From positions 1-64,000 of IMG/VR virus record IMGVR_UViG_3300048802_000015: DNA of 64,000 nucleotides, one strand, 5' to 3'. This DNA is from a virus. Taxonomy: Duplodnaviria; Caudoviricetes. The translations under genes were made by a program, and so were the position numbers. Under the pieces are notes generated by a model. That model was not told the origin of the DNA. It did not search any database and was given only the letters and a program-made list of their open reading frames with translations. The stretch's first letter is position 1; the number at the start of each line of letters is the position of its first letter. Shown piece by piece: positions 1 to 7,411 of this stretch.

Positions 1-215
1 GGCGGCGCGGGTGGCGGCGCCGGTGGCGGCGTCGGTGGCGTCGAGGGTGGCGTCGAGGGTGGCGGCGCGGGTGGCGGCGCCGGTGGCGGCGAGGGTGGCG
101 GCAAGGGTGGCGGCGTCGGTGGCGTCGTCGGTGGTGGCGTCGAGGGTGGCGGCAAGGGTGGCGGCGCGGGTGGCGGCGTCGGTGGCGGCGCCGGTGGCGT
201 CGTCGGTGGCGGCGG
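1..215 (-). repeat. Degenerate 12-bp tandem repeat (GCCGCCACCNNN) encoding A-A/D-T-x
   Basis: Visible directly as GGTGGCGGC/GGTGGCGTC units on the plus strand. Confidence 0.9.
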
Positions 216-486
216 ATCTCTTGTGCTCCCGCATCCACCAAATCCACGCAGCAAACCCAGCCGCGAACGCACCAACGAATGGGGAGGGTACGAAAACGAT
301 ACGGTTGTCAGGTGGAGGATCCAAGTTCGCCGCTCGATACAGCCCCTTCACTGCATCTCGCACTATACGGCGCTCCTCGTCATCCATCGGCTTGGTCGAT
401 AGAGCGTTCGCAATCCAGCGGTCCCGCCACTCGGGGAACCTCGCTTTGTGCTCGGGTAGGAGCGTGTAGAGCTTCTTCTTTGGCAT
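1..486 (-). CDS. Partial DUF6745-like phage protein with AATx repeats (runs off the left edge; not in the ORF track)
   Basis: Manual translation from ATG at 486: MPKKKLYTLLPEHKARFPEWRDRWIANALSTKPMDDEERRIVRDAVKGLYRAANLDPPPDNRIVFVPSPFVGAFAAGFAAWIWW then AATD/AATR/AATL repeats. Open to position 1. Confidence 0.7.
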   Translation of the reverse strand, partial: MPKKKLYTLLPEHKARFPEWRDRWIANALSTKPMDDEERRIVRDAVKGLYRAANLDPPPDNRIVFVPSPFVGAFAAGFAAWIWWMREHKRSAATDDATGAATDAATRAATLAATLDATTDDATDAATLAATLAATGAATRAATLDATLDATDAATGAATRAA

Positions 487-490
487 GATC

Positions 491-518
491 CTATTATTGT
501 TCACGCCCCGCCGTTTTA
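491..518 (-). promoter_or_regulatory. Dispersed motif copy 1 (AAAAC-N8-GTGAACAA(C/T)AATAG)
   Basis: Minus strand reads taaaacggcggggcgtgaacaataatag, 4 nt before the ATG at 486. Confidence 0.7.
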
Positions 519-628
519 GGCGGCAATCGACATTGGGTACTGCCCGTCCCTCAAGGACTCCTCCATCGGACACGTCCGGTGTTGAGTATCGTCCAGGATG
601 AGAATTTGCATCTCGATGTCCGCCACGG

Positions 629-1006
629 CTACCCCCCCACATTCCGCAGGGCCTGCTCACTCTGGAGAGCTGCTACGATCCGATCGAACTCGCCCTGGTA
701 CCGGGTGACCAACTCGCCGATGGCCTGGAGCTCCCAGTCGATGAAGTGGTCCTTGTGGCGGTTACGGCGCGACCAGGCCACCTCGCGCTCCAGGGAAGTC
801 TCGTGCGCTGGCGAGTACGTGCTTCGCCAAAACTGCACGCAAGTATCGCAGACCAAGTCCTTGCTCTCTTGGTACAGCTGGACGGCTTCCTTCAACGGCA
901 CAGCGTGCCGGACCTTCGCCGCCAGTCGCCCGCACTCGGTCAGTCGGGAAGCGCGCCAGGGTAGCGGAGCTCGAAGTGCGTGGGTGACCGATTGAGGCTG
1001 GCCCAT
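629..1006 (-). CDS. Hypothetical protein, paralog of 1006-1434
   Basis: Shares H..R..(L/I)PWR...T.CGR, CxxC and ELxAIxEL motifs with its neighbour. Confidence 0.65.
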   Translation of the reverse strand: MGQPQSVTHALRAPLPWRASRLTECGRLAAKVRHAVPLKEAVQLYQESKDLVCDTCVQFWRSTYSPAHETSLEREVAWSRRNRHKDHFIDWELQAIGELVTRYQGEFDRIVAALQSEQALRNVGG

Positions 1007-1434
1007 TATCTTCCCCGCCGCCCGTATTCCGTTTGATTAGCATAGAAGGCTGCTCCAATGATGGAGCCGATCTTCCCCGACATCACCATCCCAGGCGGCT
1101 CTTGCAGCGCCGCCTCCACCGTGGTCGCCGCCAGTAGCGAGTCAAACTCAGGTCGATGCCGCTCTATCAGTTCCCGGATGGCTTCCAGCTCGTTGATGAC
1201 GTTGCCCGGTCGGCCGTTGTTGTTTCCACGTAGCAGCTCAGCCTGAACCGCATCGGTCCAGTGATGTTCGGCGCCCGCGTAGCTATTACATGAGCCGCAC
1301 TTCCGGCTCAGGCTCATGTTTCGGAACCTGTTCCAATCCACCACCTTGCAGCTTGCGCTGACCTTGCGGCCGCACATGGTCGTCCGTTCCTCTTTCCTCC
1401 ATGGGATGGACTCTCGCATTAGGTGAGCGCGCAT
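1006..1434 (-). CDS. Hypothetical protein, paralog of 629-1006
   Basis: Same motifs as 629-1006; the two ORFs abut. Confidence 0.65.
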   Translation of the reverse strand: MRAHLMRESIPWRKEERTTMCGRKVSASCKVVDWNRFRNMSLSRKCGSCNSYAGAEHHWTDAVQAELLRGNNNGRPGNVINELEAIRELIERHRPEFDSLLAATTVEAALQEPPGMVMSGKIGSIIGAAFYANQTEYGRRGR

Positions 1435-1447
1435 CAGTTCTCCTCCC

Positions 1448-1693
1448 CTACACGGGTGGACCTAGATAGTAGGCGGTGCAACGGCAGGCCTCCACCCCCA
1501 AAACAATGCCGCAGCATCCGCCTTCGTTGCCCAAGTGAAACTTCTTCGGATGCCCGCACTCTGGCCGTTCGCAACGCAACGAATAGTCAGGCGGCCCCTG
1601 CAGAATACGCTCCGCCTCCAGCGCCGCCTGCCTGATTACCCTACGGCGTCGTGCGGAGCGTTCTCGGACTGCCCGGTAGTAGACCAGCCCCAT
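1448..1693 (-). CDS. Small Cys-rich hypothetical protein
   Basis: ORF in the operon direction with CERPECGH...C.C motifs. Confidence 0.4.
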   Translation of the reverse strand: MGLVYYRAVRERSARRRRVIRQAALEAERILQGPPDYSLRCERPECGHPKKFHLGNEGGCCGIVLGVEACRCTAYYLGPPV

Positions 1694-1701
1694 CCCAACT
1701 C

Positions 1702-2490
1702 CTAGAACGCCGCTGGCTCCCCTGTCTCCGGGTCAATGGGCGGCCCCTCCTCGTCCCCCTTCTTCCCCTTGCCCCTGCCGCGCTTCTTCAGCAGCTTCTC
1801 GACTTCGGGGTGGCCTTCGCCGCCGGCCCCCGCTTGCTCGGCGTCCGCCTTGTTCTTCGCGTGCTGCGCCGCCACATCCCCGAGTGTTGCCTTCAGCGGG
1901 TCGGGCTTGACCGGTACCCTGCCAGAGCCGTTGCAGACCTCGCACTTCGCGTCCAGGGGCGGCTCGCCGATCTTGACCTTGCCGGTCCCCCAGCACTCCA
2001 CGCAGCCCATCTCCTCCACCGGCTCTTGCTTGCCCTTGCCTCCGTCCATCGGTAGCAGTTTGCCGGATGGCTTCTGCGCTTCCAAGGGGAGCTGGTATTC
2101 GGACTGCGCCATGGTCCGACGCTGAAAGACTTCACCAGTATCGAGCCGCTTCACCCGGACCTCGCCCATCCGGTAGTCGGTGGTCTCCTCGCAGTTGACT
2201 TCCCGCTCCTCGCCACCCGACTTGAGGATGCTGCGCAGCTTGATCGTGACGCCTTCGAGCAACTCCACGTCCGCCTTGATCGCATCCACCGCGGCCTTCT
2301 TTTCCGCCTCCTTGCCTTCGATCTTGCTCATGTTGGCGTCGAGCTCCACCCCGGCCTTGGCTAGCTCCTTGTCGCTCAGCTTGCAGAGCAGCAGCCGGGT
2401 GACGGTCTTCTTCGTACTCTTGGCGTCCTTCGTGTCTTTGGATTCCTTGTCCTTCTTCTTCACGGTGTTCTCCTGGGTTTTCTTGTTCAT
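1702..2490 (-). CDS. Hypothetical charged protein with a DnaJ-like CxxCxGxG zinc finger
   Basis: CVECWGTG and CEVCNGSG repeats; GC-rich third codon positions. Confidence 0.7.
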   Translation of the reverse strand: MNKKTQENTVKKKDKESKDTKDAKSTKKTVTRLLLCKLSDKELAKAGVELDANMSKIEGKEAEKKAAVDAIKADVELLEGVTIKLRSILKSGGEEREVNCEETTDYRMGEVRVKRLDTGEVFQRRTMAQSEYQLPLEAQKPSGKLLPMDGGKGKQEPVEEMGCVECWGTGKVKIGEPPLDAKCEVCNGSGRVPVKPDPLKATLGDVAAQHAKNKADAEQAGAGGEGHPEVEKLLKKRGRGKGKKGDEEGPPIDPETGEPAAF

Positions 2491-2556
2491 GGCGTCCCTT
2501 GGTACCTGCACAAAAGCTCTCCGACGGCGCCGCGTCCGTCTCCCTTACTGCTGATG

Positions 2557-2823
2557 TTACGGCGGGCGGTGATGCGCTCCTCGTCTCAGCTCTGCCGTCA
2601 CTTCCCTGGTTCGCTCGTCCAGGCGCCCGAGCGCTTCCACCGCCATCGCTTCTTCGGCCAGCGCCCTCTCGTATGCCTGGCGCGCCTTGATAGCATCTAC
2701 CGCGCAAGTGTCGGCATAGGATTGGGCCCGCTGGCGCTCAATCTGGAGACGTCCCAGGTCTGCCGTTGTGGCAGGGCGGGTGCTGGCCACTGGGTAGAGT
2801 TGGGGGGTGATTTCCATGGTCAC
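2557..2823 (-). CDS. Hypothetical protein
   Basis: ORF overlapping the upstream stop by 4 nt. Confidence 0.5.
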   Translation of the reverse strand: MTMEITPQLYPVASTRPATTADLGRLQIERQRAQSYADTCAVDAIKARQAYERALAEEAMAVEALGRLDERTREVTAELRRGAHHRPP

Positions 2824-3500
2824 CCGAGCCTCAGTAGCCCGCGCAGCTCGCTCTCCTCGTTCACCGTGAGTGTGAGCACTGCAATCGCCTCTGCCGCGCC
2901 TGGAGCGCCAAACAGCTCCCGCAACCTCGCCATGTCCCTCGCTGCCTGGGCGTTGGCCTCGGCCCTCACCGCATGCTCGTGGCTGCGCAGTTGCTCGGCC
3001 TCGAGCTGTTCGGCGGTCCTTCGGTGGGCGGCGGCCTCCTCGTCGCGCTCCCTACCCATCTTCTCGTAGGACGTTTGCCAGTTCTTTACCCGCAATACCG
3101 CGCCATCTCGCTCCGCCTCCAGCCCCGCAATCCGCTTCGAGTCCGCCTCCCTGGCCCGTGCGTGTTCGGCTGCCTGGCGGGCCAGGTTGGCGGCGTCGAG
3201 CTCGGCCCCCATTCGCTTGATTTGCTCGTGGTGCTCTTTGAGCAGTTCATGTCCGTAGTCCCTGCCTCGGGTAACCTCGGCGAGCTCCGCCCGCGCGGAT
3301 TCAAGCTCGGCCCGCAGGTCAGCATACAGTTTTCGCCCTCGCCCATCGGCGTCTAGCGCGCACGCCTTCCACGTGGCGGCGTCACGCTCTGCCCGCTCCG
3401 CGCGCTCTAGCTGCTTATCGGTCATCTTTGTTCCCTCGCTCATCTTGTCCCCCGTGCTCGAAGTGTGGTTTGTCCAGGCAATTTTGCTGTTCTCTCCCAT
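2820..3500 (-). CDS. Coiled-coil hypothetical protein; N-terminal 13 aa resemble a Gp37/Gp68 (DUF5131) start
   Basis: Begins MGENSKIAWTNHT, followed by a long Ala/Glu/Arg heptad-like region. Alternative start at 3443. Confidence 0.6.
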   Translation of the reverse strand: MGENSKIAWTNHTSSTGDKMSEGTKMTDKQLERAERAERDAATWKACALDADGRGRKLYADLRAELESARAELAEVTRGRDYGHELLKEHHEQIKRMGAELDAANLARQAAEHARAREADSKRIAGLEAERDGAVLRVKNWQTSYEKMGRERDEEAAAHRRTAEQLEAEQLRSHEHAVRAEANAQAARDMARLRELFGAPGAAEAIAVLTLTVNEESELRGLLRLG

Positions 3501-3513
3501 GGCGCCTCTCCCG

Positions 3514-3541
3514 CTATTGTTGTTCACGCGCTGCCGGTTTA
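3514..3541 (-). promoter_or_regulatory. Dispersed motif copy 2
   Basis: Minus strand reads taaaccggcagcgcgtgaacaacaatag, upstream of an RBS and the ATG at 3500. Confidence 0.65.
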
Positions 3542-3753
3542 GCCGTGGAATCGACAGGCACCCGCGCGGCTCGCCGGCTGGGGCAGCCTTGCTTCGAGCA
3601 CATGTTGCCCCTGCCCCTCTCCGTTGGCACCATCGCCTCGGTTGCGCGAAAGCCAAACTCCGAGGCGCACTCGAAGCAGTACCCTCGCTCCCTGGCGGCC
3701 TTGAATGCGGCGACGTGCACCTCGCGGGCTGAGCGCTCTTCGATTGGGGTCAC
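3514..3753 (-). CDS. Small zinc-ribbon hypothetical protein
   Basis: CFEC and CSKQGC motifs. Confidence 0.5.
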   Translation of the reverse strand: MTPIEERSAREVHVAAFKAARERGYCFECASEFGFRATEAMVPTERGRGNMCSKQGCPSRRAARVPVDSTAKPAAREQQ

Positions 3754-3777
3754 GCGCCTTTCCTTTCCGCTCCATCG

Positions 3778-3972
3778 CTATCCACGATCCACCTTCGTCC
3801 ATTCCGGATGATTCTTGACAACGTTATTGGCGGCCCAGAATGCCTCCTCGGCGCTACCATAGTTCCCGTCGTCGCGCTGACCAATTCGATAGCGCCATCC
3901 GTGATCCACTTCGTAAACCATGATCAACGTCCGCAATCGCGGGTTTTCCACATCCGTAGGTTCGCTACACAT
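3778..3972 (-). CDS. Small hypothetical protein
   Basis: ORF directly after the DnaB stop. Confidence 0.45.
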   Translation of the reverse strand: MCSEPTDVENPRLRTLIMVYEVDHGWRYRIGQRDDGNYGSAEEAFWAANNVVKNHPEWTKVDRG

Positions 3973-5389
3973 CTCGTTCCCCCATTTCATTGAAGTGCCT
4001 CGGCGGCTCTTTGGGCTGGCGATCTTCCGTATCAGTGAATTCCATCCGCTCGCGATGCCAGAGCACGGGAGCGAAGCCGCGCCGCCCGCCTGTGTTCTTG
4101 GCGATGATCCACTTTGCTTCTTCGGGCTGGAATAAGATGGGCGTGCCCGCTGGCGGCTTCAAGTGCTGCTCGCGCCACGGGAACATGATCACTTGCGCGG
4201 CGGCTTCAAGTTCGCCCGAGTCGCGAAGATCTGCCATCGTTGGCTCTCCACCGCGTTCAAGCACCTTGCGGTTGAGCTGCGCTAGCGCCATGACCGGGAT
4301 CCGCAGTTCCTTGGCCAGCGCCTTGAGCCCTTGGGCCATCTTGGCGATCTCTCGGTTTCGGTTCTCACTCTTTTCGTCGGATTGAATCAGGCCAAGATAG
4401 TCGACTACGATCAAGGCAATTGGATTCGGGTCATCTGATTTGTGTGCGCGCGCGCATTTCGCAAACCAGCGATGGGCCTCCCCGATGATCTTGTTCGTCG
4501 ACATCGGGCGGTCATCCACCCATAGCGGCCAGTCCCAAATCTGTTTGGCAGCTGCCTGCACACGATCCCAATCGTCAACGCGAACCTTCCCGGTATAGAG
4601 GTCGGTCGCTGACACGCGCGAACGCATGGACAAGATGCGCTCGATAACTTCTTGCCGATCCATTTCAAGGCTGACGACGTAGCATGGAACACGGTTCAGG
4701 GCATTGTGGGCGAGAATCCCAATGGCGCTCGCGGTTTTCCCCATGCTCGGCAACCCACCTACGACCACGAAATGCCCGCGACGAAAACCTCCTGTGATTT
4801 CGTCCACAGCCTCGATACCCGTGCGAATGACGTGTTCCTTCTTCCTGTCTGCGCGGCTTTCGATTTCATCTAGGGCAGTATCTACGAGGTCACATACGCG
4901 CATTGGCCCGGTGCTGTTCGAGCTGACCTCAAGAGCTGCAACGCCGTTGCGCACGTCCGCCAGAACATCGTCCACCTCACCCATGGAGTAGGCTCTTGAT
5001 TCCGTTTCCACACACAGGGCTATCAGCCTGCGAAGCGTTGCCATCTTGCGAACCTGTGAAGCGTAGCTGCCTATTGATTCAGGTATCACGGCCGATCTTG
5101 CCACTCCGATGAACCATTCGGTTTGGTCCTCGAATCGCCCAGCAGTTCCGCGCGCTCGTATTTCGTCCTGCACAGAAACGACGTTGACCGGAGCACCGCG
5201 CTTTTGAAGTGCTCGAATGGCCTCCCAGGCTTCGCAGTGGCACGGAAAATAGAAGTCCGCTGCCACCATGTCGGTCAGACTAGCGAGGCACTCAGGCGCA
5301 GCTACGAGCACGGTTCCAAGCACAGCCCGCTCGGCCGCTTCGCTGTGTGGTGGTTTCTTCTCGGTGTCCACGGCTACGCCTTGTTCCAA
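3965..5389 (-). CDS. dnaB: Replicative DNA helicase DnaB
   Basis: PPHSEAAERAVLG N-terminus, Walker A GLPSMGKT, SLEM, VVDYLGL, LAQLNR, DLRDSGELE and IIAKN motifs. Confidence 0.95.
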   Translation of the reverse strand: MEQGVAVDTEKKPPHSEAAERAVLGTVLVAAPECLASLTDMVAADFYFPCHCEAWEAIRALQKRGAPVNVVSVQDEIRARGTAGRFEDQTEWFIGVARSAVIPESIGSYASQVRKMATLRRLIALCVETESRAYSMGEVDDVLADVRNGVAALEVSSNSTGPMRVCDLVDTALDEIESRADRKKEHVIRTGIEAVDEITGGFRRGHFVVVGGLPSMGKTASAIGILAHNALNRVPCYVVSLEMDRQEVIERILSMRSRVSATDLYTGKVRVDDWDRVQAAAKQIWDWPLWVDDRPMSTNKIIGEAHRWFAKCARAHKSDDPNPIALIVVDYLGLIQSDEKSENRNREIAKMAQGLKALAKELRIPVMALAQLNRKVLERGGEPTMADLRDSGELEAAAQVIMFPWREQHLKPPAGTPILFQPEEAKWIIAKNTGGRRGFAPVLWHRERMEFTDTEDRQPKEPPRHFNEMGERDV

Positions 5390-6252
5390 AACACGGGTTC
5401 ATCTTGCGGTCGCTGGGTTGGCTTCGCATCAATCTTGGGTCGCTTCTCGGGCGGCAGAGCAAGACCACGGAACACGTTCGCGAAGAAGCAAAATGGCCAA
5501 CCGTCCTGCACAGTCTTCGGATCCGTTCGGCTCAAGAACTCGATGACGATCCGTTCGCGGGCCAGCCAATCGGTAGCACGCTGGTCAACTGGGAGAGAGG
5601 CAAGAAGATCGCCGAAGCTGGCGAGCGCCTTGGCATCGGCCGATCCTTGCCCATACTGGCGTCCCTTGGTCTCCCAGTATTTGGCCTTGAAGTAGGCCAT
5701 CCAGTCGTAGGCTGACTTGCAGTTGACGTTCTGCGTGCCTGGATCGCGTAGAGAGAGATCTTCTTGTTCCGGATCTTGCTCTGGTTCTTGCTCTTGATTA
5801 GGCGAAGGCATACGGCAAGCCTGAGCAAATGCTTTCTTGAACCCTTCTTTGAACCCTTCTACGAAGGCTTTAAGTGTTTGATATATTTCCCATTTAAGAG
5901 CGCACTCTGGAGTTTCATCCCAAGTAATTCTCCATGACCTAACGACGTTTGGGGACTCTGGTGAGTTGTATTTCCAAGCCTTCGGAAGCCATACCACGCG
6001 GGCCTTCCAATCAGCTTTCACGAGACCTTCACGCTTGGCTTCGGCGAAGGCTTTGCGGAAGTCTTCCAACGTCCATCCGAACTCTTCAGCTAGCGCGGCT
6101 TCACCAACGCAAAGAAGACCTGGCACAGGTGACCGGTGGCGCGATACCAGAAGGCGAATCCATAGCCCCTGACCGCAAGGCGGGATTGGGGTCATGGCCT
6201 TGACCTTGTCGTCGTCCCAAATGCGAACGTCCACTTTAGCGTATCGAGCCAT
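5374..6252 (-). CDS. Phage replication initiator (lambda O-like position)
   Basis: Lies directly upstream of dnaB; N-terminus RYAKVDVRIWDD and a QEQEPEQDPEQE linker typical of initiators. Confidence 0.7.
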   Translation of the reverse strand: MARYAKVDVRIWDDDKVKAMTPIPPCGQGLWIRLLVSRHRSPVPGLLCVGEAALAEEFGWTLEDFRKAFAEAKREGLVKADWKARVVWLPKAWKYNSPESPNVVRSWRITWDETPECALKWEIYQTLKAFVEGFKEGFKKAFAQACRMPSPNQEQEPEQDPEQEDLSLRDPGTQNVNCKSAYDWMAYFKAKYWETKGRQYGQGSADAKALASFGDLLASLPVDQRATDWLARERIVIEFLSRTDPKTVQDGWPFCFFANVFRGLALPPEKRPKIDAKPTQRPQDEPVFWNKA

Positions 6253-6255
6253 GCA

Positions 6256-6606
6256 CTATGGATCCTTCAAAAGGCTTCTCAGCTTTTCCATCTGCTCAAG
6301 CGTCCAACACCCACCATCCATCGTCGCAACGAGATAGTGGATCACCTCACGCGCAAAGCCTTCCCTCCCTATTCTGGCAAGTTCTTTCTTGCACAAGTGA
6401 GCGAGTTCGTGGCAACCCTCGCACAGGACCTCTAGTTCGTCTCGTTCGTATTCCCATGGCTTGGCACCATGGCGATAGAACCTGTGGTGGACATTTAGAG
6501 TCTTGATCTTCGAATAGCAGATACTGCACATCCACTGGGCAGCTTCCAGAGCCTCCAGTCGCTTGCGCTGCCACCGAGGGTCCCTCAGCAAATCCGCGTA
6601 GCTCAT
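6256..6606 (-). CDS. HNH endonuclease-like protein
   Basis: YADLLRDPRWQRKR, CSIC, LNVHHRFY, LEVLCEGCHE. Confidence 0.75.
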   Translation of the reverse strand: MSYADLLRDPRWQRKRLEALEAAQWMCSICYSKIKTLNVHHRFYRHGAKPWEYERDELEVLCEGCHELAHLCKKELARIGREGFAREVIHYLVATMDGGCWTLEQMEKLRSLLKDP

Positions 6607-6890
6607 GCCGCCTCCCGCTTGATCCTGGACAGCCTCGGCACCGCTACGAGAACGCGCCCGCAAGACGGGCAGGACGCGTGCCAAGCTCCGTGGGCAGCCA
6701 GACAGCCGGTACACCAGCGTGCGCCTCCCGCGTCGTTGCAGACAGCCGCAGCGGCCTTCGACATAGCCGTCAGATCAACCTCCGGGAGCGGCCGTGCACC
6801 GAATACACACTCAGCACCCGAAAGTTGCTTTAGGACCACCGGGGGTGGGGTGCGTTCTGTGCGCGGTCGCTCTCGACGGTTGATGTCCAT
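6603..6890 (-). CDS. Zinc-ribbon hypothetical protein
   Basis: CTGC and CPSCG motifs; ATGA-coupled to the next gene. Confidence 0.6.
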   Translation of the reverse strand: MDINRRERPRTERTPPPVVLKQLSGAECVFGARPLPEVDLTAMSKAAAAVCNDAGGARWCTGCLAAHGAWHASCPSCGRVLVAVPRLSRIKREAA

Positions 6891-6910
6891 GGTGATCCTA
6901 AAGCGGTGTC

Positions 6911-6939
6911 AATCTACGCTACATGGCCTGGCCTGTAAA
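6911..6939 (-). promoter_or_regulatory. Sigma70-like promoter TTTACA-N17-TAGATT
   Basis: Intergenic, canonical 17-nt spacer, ~20 nt upstream of the ATG at 6890. Confidence 0.6.
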
Positions 6940-6950
6940 GGACTTTGTCC

Positions 6951-7157
6951 CTACACCTTCAGGGCCGCTATCTGGGCCGGGCGCGCACCCTCGCCAGCCC
7001 GTACCGTGACCCGCTGGCAGCGGTAGCAGTACAGCTCCGCGGTCTGCAGGTCCTCGACGGTAGGAGCGCGGTCACGTGGCGTCAGGTCGCCAAGCTCATC
7101 CTCGCCGCACGCGGGGCAGAGCGGCCAGTCGTCGAGTCGCCAGGTGTCTGGCCTCAC
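6951..7157 (-). CDS. Small zinc-ribbon protein
   Basis: CPAC and CYRC motifs. Confidence 0.55.
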   Translation of the reverse strand: MRPDTWRLDDWPLCPACGEDELGDLTPRDRAPTVEDLQTAELYCYRCQRVTVRAGEGARPAQIAALKV

Positions 7158-7411
7158 GCTACCCTCGCCCTCGCCCAGTACGCCGCTCGTCTCCCCGCAG
7201 CCTCTTTCCGATGGCGATCCACGCTCCCCCTTGGTCGACTGGCCTTATCCGCAGCAATCAGTTGCTCTGGTGTCAGCACGTCTGCTGGAACTTCGATGCC
7301 GGCGAACTTGGCGTCGCACACCTCGCAGCCTTCGACCTTCCAGGCCAGGCGGTAGCGCGGCGTTTGGAAGCGGGGAGGGACGCCGTCCCGGTGCCAGGTG
7401 CAGGTCTTCAT
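7154..7411 (-). CDS. Hypothetical protein
   Basis: ATGA-coupled to the methyltransferase stop; CEVC motif. Confidence 0.5.
   Translation of the reverse strand: MKTCTWHRDGVPPRFQTPRYRLAWKVEGCEVCDAKFAGIEVPADVLTPEQLIAADKASRPRGSVDRHRKEAAGRRAAYWARARVA

Noticed and set aside
1-215. Possible CRISPR array or DGR template in the repeat tract
   Set aside because: The units are 12-bp in-frame coding repeats with no unique spacers. No reverse transcriptase or cas genes are in the window; the Cas4-like nuclease sits in a recombination module.
11-469. Plus-strand ORF-track protein of VAAx repeats
   Set aside because: It is the antisense shadow of the repeat tract. The minus-strand frame has a proper start, the upstream motif and a recognisable N-terminal domain.
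515-625. Tiny minus-strand ORF containing QILILDD (receiver-domain-like start)
   Set aside because: Only ~36 codons, too short to support a call; it may be a decayed remnant.
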